Assembly (NCBI GenBank): GCA_963737155.1
Contig: CAVTRN010000002.1
Location: forward strand, 544,001-608,000
Source of the DNA: Nitrospirota bacterium
Lineage (GTDB): Bacteria > Nitrospirota > UBA9217
Length of the DNA stretch: 64,000 bases
Direction: 5' to 3'
The stretch's first letter is position 1, and every line of letters starts with the position of its first letter. The position numbers were made by a program, and so were the translations under genes. A model generated the notes under the pieces. The model made no database searches. It saw nothing but the letters and a program-made list of their open reading frames with translations, and was not told the origin of the DNA. Of the stretch, positions 62,214 through 64,000 are shown one piece after another.

Positions 62214-62597
62214 TTATTTTTTATCCACGCTGAGCGGTCCGGAACCGAAGTACGCGATCATGAGAGCGGCACCGAGCATTGAGAGGTTCTTCATGAAGTT
62301 CGCCATCTGCATCTGCGCCTGCATCGGGTCGGTATAGGTCCAGAAATTGTGAATCATGAATGTAACCGGCAAAAGAAAGATTATGATGAGCAACGCGCCG
62401 TACTTCGCTTTATACCCGAGCAGGATACTCAGCCCGCCTAAAAAAGCGATTATTCCCGATAAGGGAACTGCGATCGAGGCCATAGGCACACCTTTGCTGG
62501 CAGCGTAACCAATTGCCCCGGCAGTAAAATGATTTGGTCCAGACATTATGAATATAGCTACATACAGGATCCTTCCCAAGAGAACAATGTATTTCAT
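62214..62597 (-). CDS. DoxX family membrane protein
   Basis: LLGRIL, HNFW, FMKNLSMLG, GSGPLSVD. Confidence 0.9.
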   Translation of the reverse strand: MKYIVLLGRILYVAIFIMSGPNHFTAGAIGYAASKGVPMASIAVPLSGIIAFLGGLSILLGYKAKYGALLIIIFLLPVTFMIHNFWTYTDPMQAQMQMANFMKNLSMLGAALMIAYFGSGPLSVDKK

Positions 62598-62967
62598 AGT
62601 GTTCCTCCTCTGTTTAAATACACGTACCTTAACTATATCACAGAAGTATTGAGCCTACTGAATAAATCCGTTGCAACAGGATTTGTACTTGGCAGCATTG
62701 GTCATCACGCGCGCCAGGAGGTGCTTGATAGCCTACAATTATAAGCTCTTTAGTACAGCTGCAGCTTTTGGGTCTGTTCACATTCCAGAACGATTTTGCA
62801 TACCCAGATGAAAACGAAAGAGCTTTTTTCTGAAGTCTGCACAGAATAAACTGAGCAATATCTGACGATGCGGTTTCGAAGTGAGGTTTTATATCGCTTG
62901 CTTTTTTGATATGGTATACTATTTTTAGATTATCGGCGGCACTTCCTTCCTCAAAAACGGATGATGC

Positions 62968-64000
62968 ATGACAATAAAGTCCAAACAGCAGGAAAGTAAA
63001 AAGCGGAGACAGTCAGAGGCACCTAAGGCTCAAGATGAGTGTCAAAAGCAGGCCGAGTCTCATAAGGATGTCGCTGGACCAGCAGGTATCCATTCGGCCA
63101 TCCCTGTGGTCGGCATTGGCGGGTCGGCCGGATCTCTGGAGGCTTTTAAGACCTTTTTCACGAATATGCCTGTTGACAGCGGGGCCGCTTTTGTCGTTAT
63201 TCAGCATTTGGCTCCGACGCACGAGAGTCTGCTGGCGGAACTCCTGGCCCAGCATACGCGAATGAGGGTTACGCAAGCCTGCAATGCATCTCCTATTGAA
63301 CCTAACTGCGTCTATGTCATCCCGCCCAATCAGTACCTGAACATCCGTGAGGGAGTTCTGTATTTAGTCGAGCCAGCTAAAAGCGAGAGAATCCGGATGC
63401 CCATTGACTTTTTCTTCCGCTCATTGGCGGAGGACCGGCGGGAAAGGGCGATCTGCATTCTCTTCTCCGGGGCCGGGTCGGACGGGACTCTGGGGGTTCG
63501 AGTGATTCGTGGTGCCGGAGGGCTAGCCATTGCGCAGGATCCGCAGACAGCTCAATTCAGCGACATGCCTCGCAGCGCGGTTGAAACAGGTCTGGTGGAT
63601 TTTGTCCTTCCGCCGGAACGAATACCCGAAGCTCTACTGGACTACCTGCGGAATCCTTATGTCAAGGGTGGAGAACCGGCGGCTGTCCTTGAGGCCGAAG
63701 GAAAACCCGGAGACTATCAGGACATTCTGTCCCTTGTGCTGGCCCAAAAGGGCCACGATTTCAAATTCTACAAGAAAAGTACCATCGTGAGACGCATCGA
63801 ACGCCGCATGGGATTGCACCGGATCCCGGATTTGGCTGGGTATTATAACCTTCTTCGGCAGGATACTGATGAGGTAAACCAGTTATTCAAGGATTTGCTT
63901 ATCAACGTCACATCGTTCTTCCGGGATGCAGAGGTGTTCGAGGAATTCAGTCAGAAGGCTATTGCTCCGCTGGTTCGGGCCAAGAAGACCAACGAGCCAC
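62968..64000 (+). CDS. CheB/CheR fusion protein, 5' part (truncated by window end)
   Basis: VVGIGGSAG, IQHL, MPIDFFFRSLAED, GAGSDG, then GHDFKFYKKSTIVRRIERRM, LLINVTSFFRD. Confidence 0.9.
   Translation, partial: MTIKSKQQESKKRRQSEAPKAQDECQKQAESHKDVAGPAGIHSAIPVVGIGGSAGSLEAFKTFFTNMPVDSGAAFVVIQHLAPTHESLLAELLAQHTRMRVTQACNASPIEPNCVYVIPPNQYLNIREGVLYLVEPAKSERIRMPIDFFFRSLAEDRRERAICILFSGAGSDGTLGVRVIRGAGGLAIAQDPQTAQFSDMPRSAVETGLVDFVLPPERIPEALLDYLRNPYVKGGEPAAVLEAEGKPGDYQDILSLVLAQKGHDFKFYKKSTIVRRIERRMGLHRIPDLAGYYNLLRQDTDEVNQLFKDLLINVTSFFRDAEVFEEFSQKAIAPLVRAKKTNEP

Overview
A 64-kb bacterial accessory region rich in signal transduction and mobile DNA. The gene content resembles anaerobic Nitrospirota or deltaproteobacteria; this is an inference, as there are no marker genes. 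It holds five histidine kinases, three REC-led proteins (two stand-alone receivers and one with a Cys-rich tail), a REC-GGDEF cyclase, a stand-alone MshEN protein, the start of a CheB/CheR fusion and a c-di-GMP-I riboswitch. Mobile elements include two inverted copies of an IS607 (serine TnpA plus a large TnpB), IS256, IS1380, a frameshifted ISNCY/IS5-like element, two ISL3 relics and two probable MITEs, alongside about ten decayed genes. The best candidate for an undescribed system is a tightly coupled four-gene operon at 7117-11577: corrinoid protein, MtaA/UroD-like methyltransferase with an altered Zn motif, RACo-type corrinoid activator and a GAF-like histidine kinase. It has no substrate-specific methyltransferase, which suggests B12-based sensing rather than methyl metabolism. 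The complete IS607 copy can be mapped to the base because removing it restores a recD2 relic, and this yields a testable TAM (AGGG) and guide prediction for its atypical TnpB. No rRNA, intact tRNA or CRISPR array was seen. All family calls are by motif recognition, without database searches.
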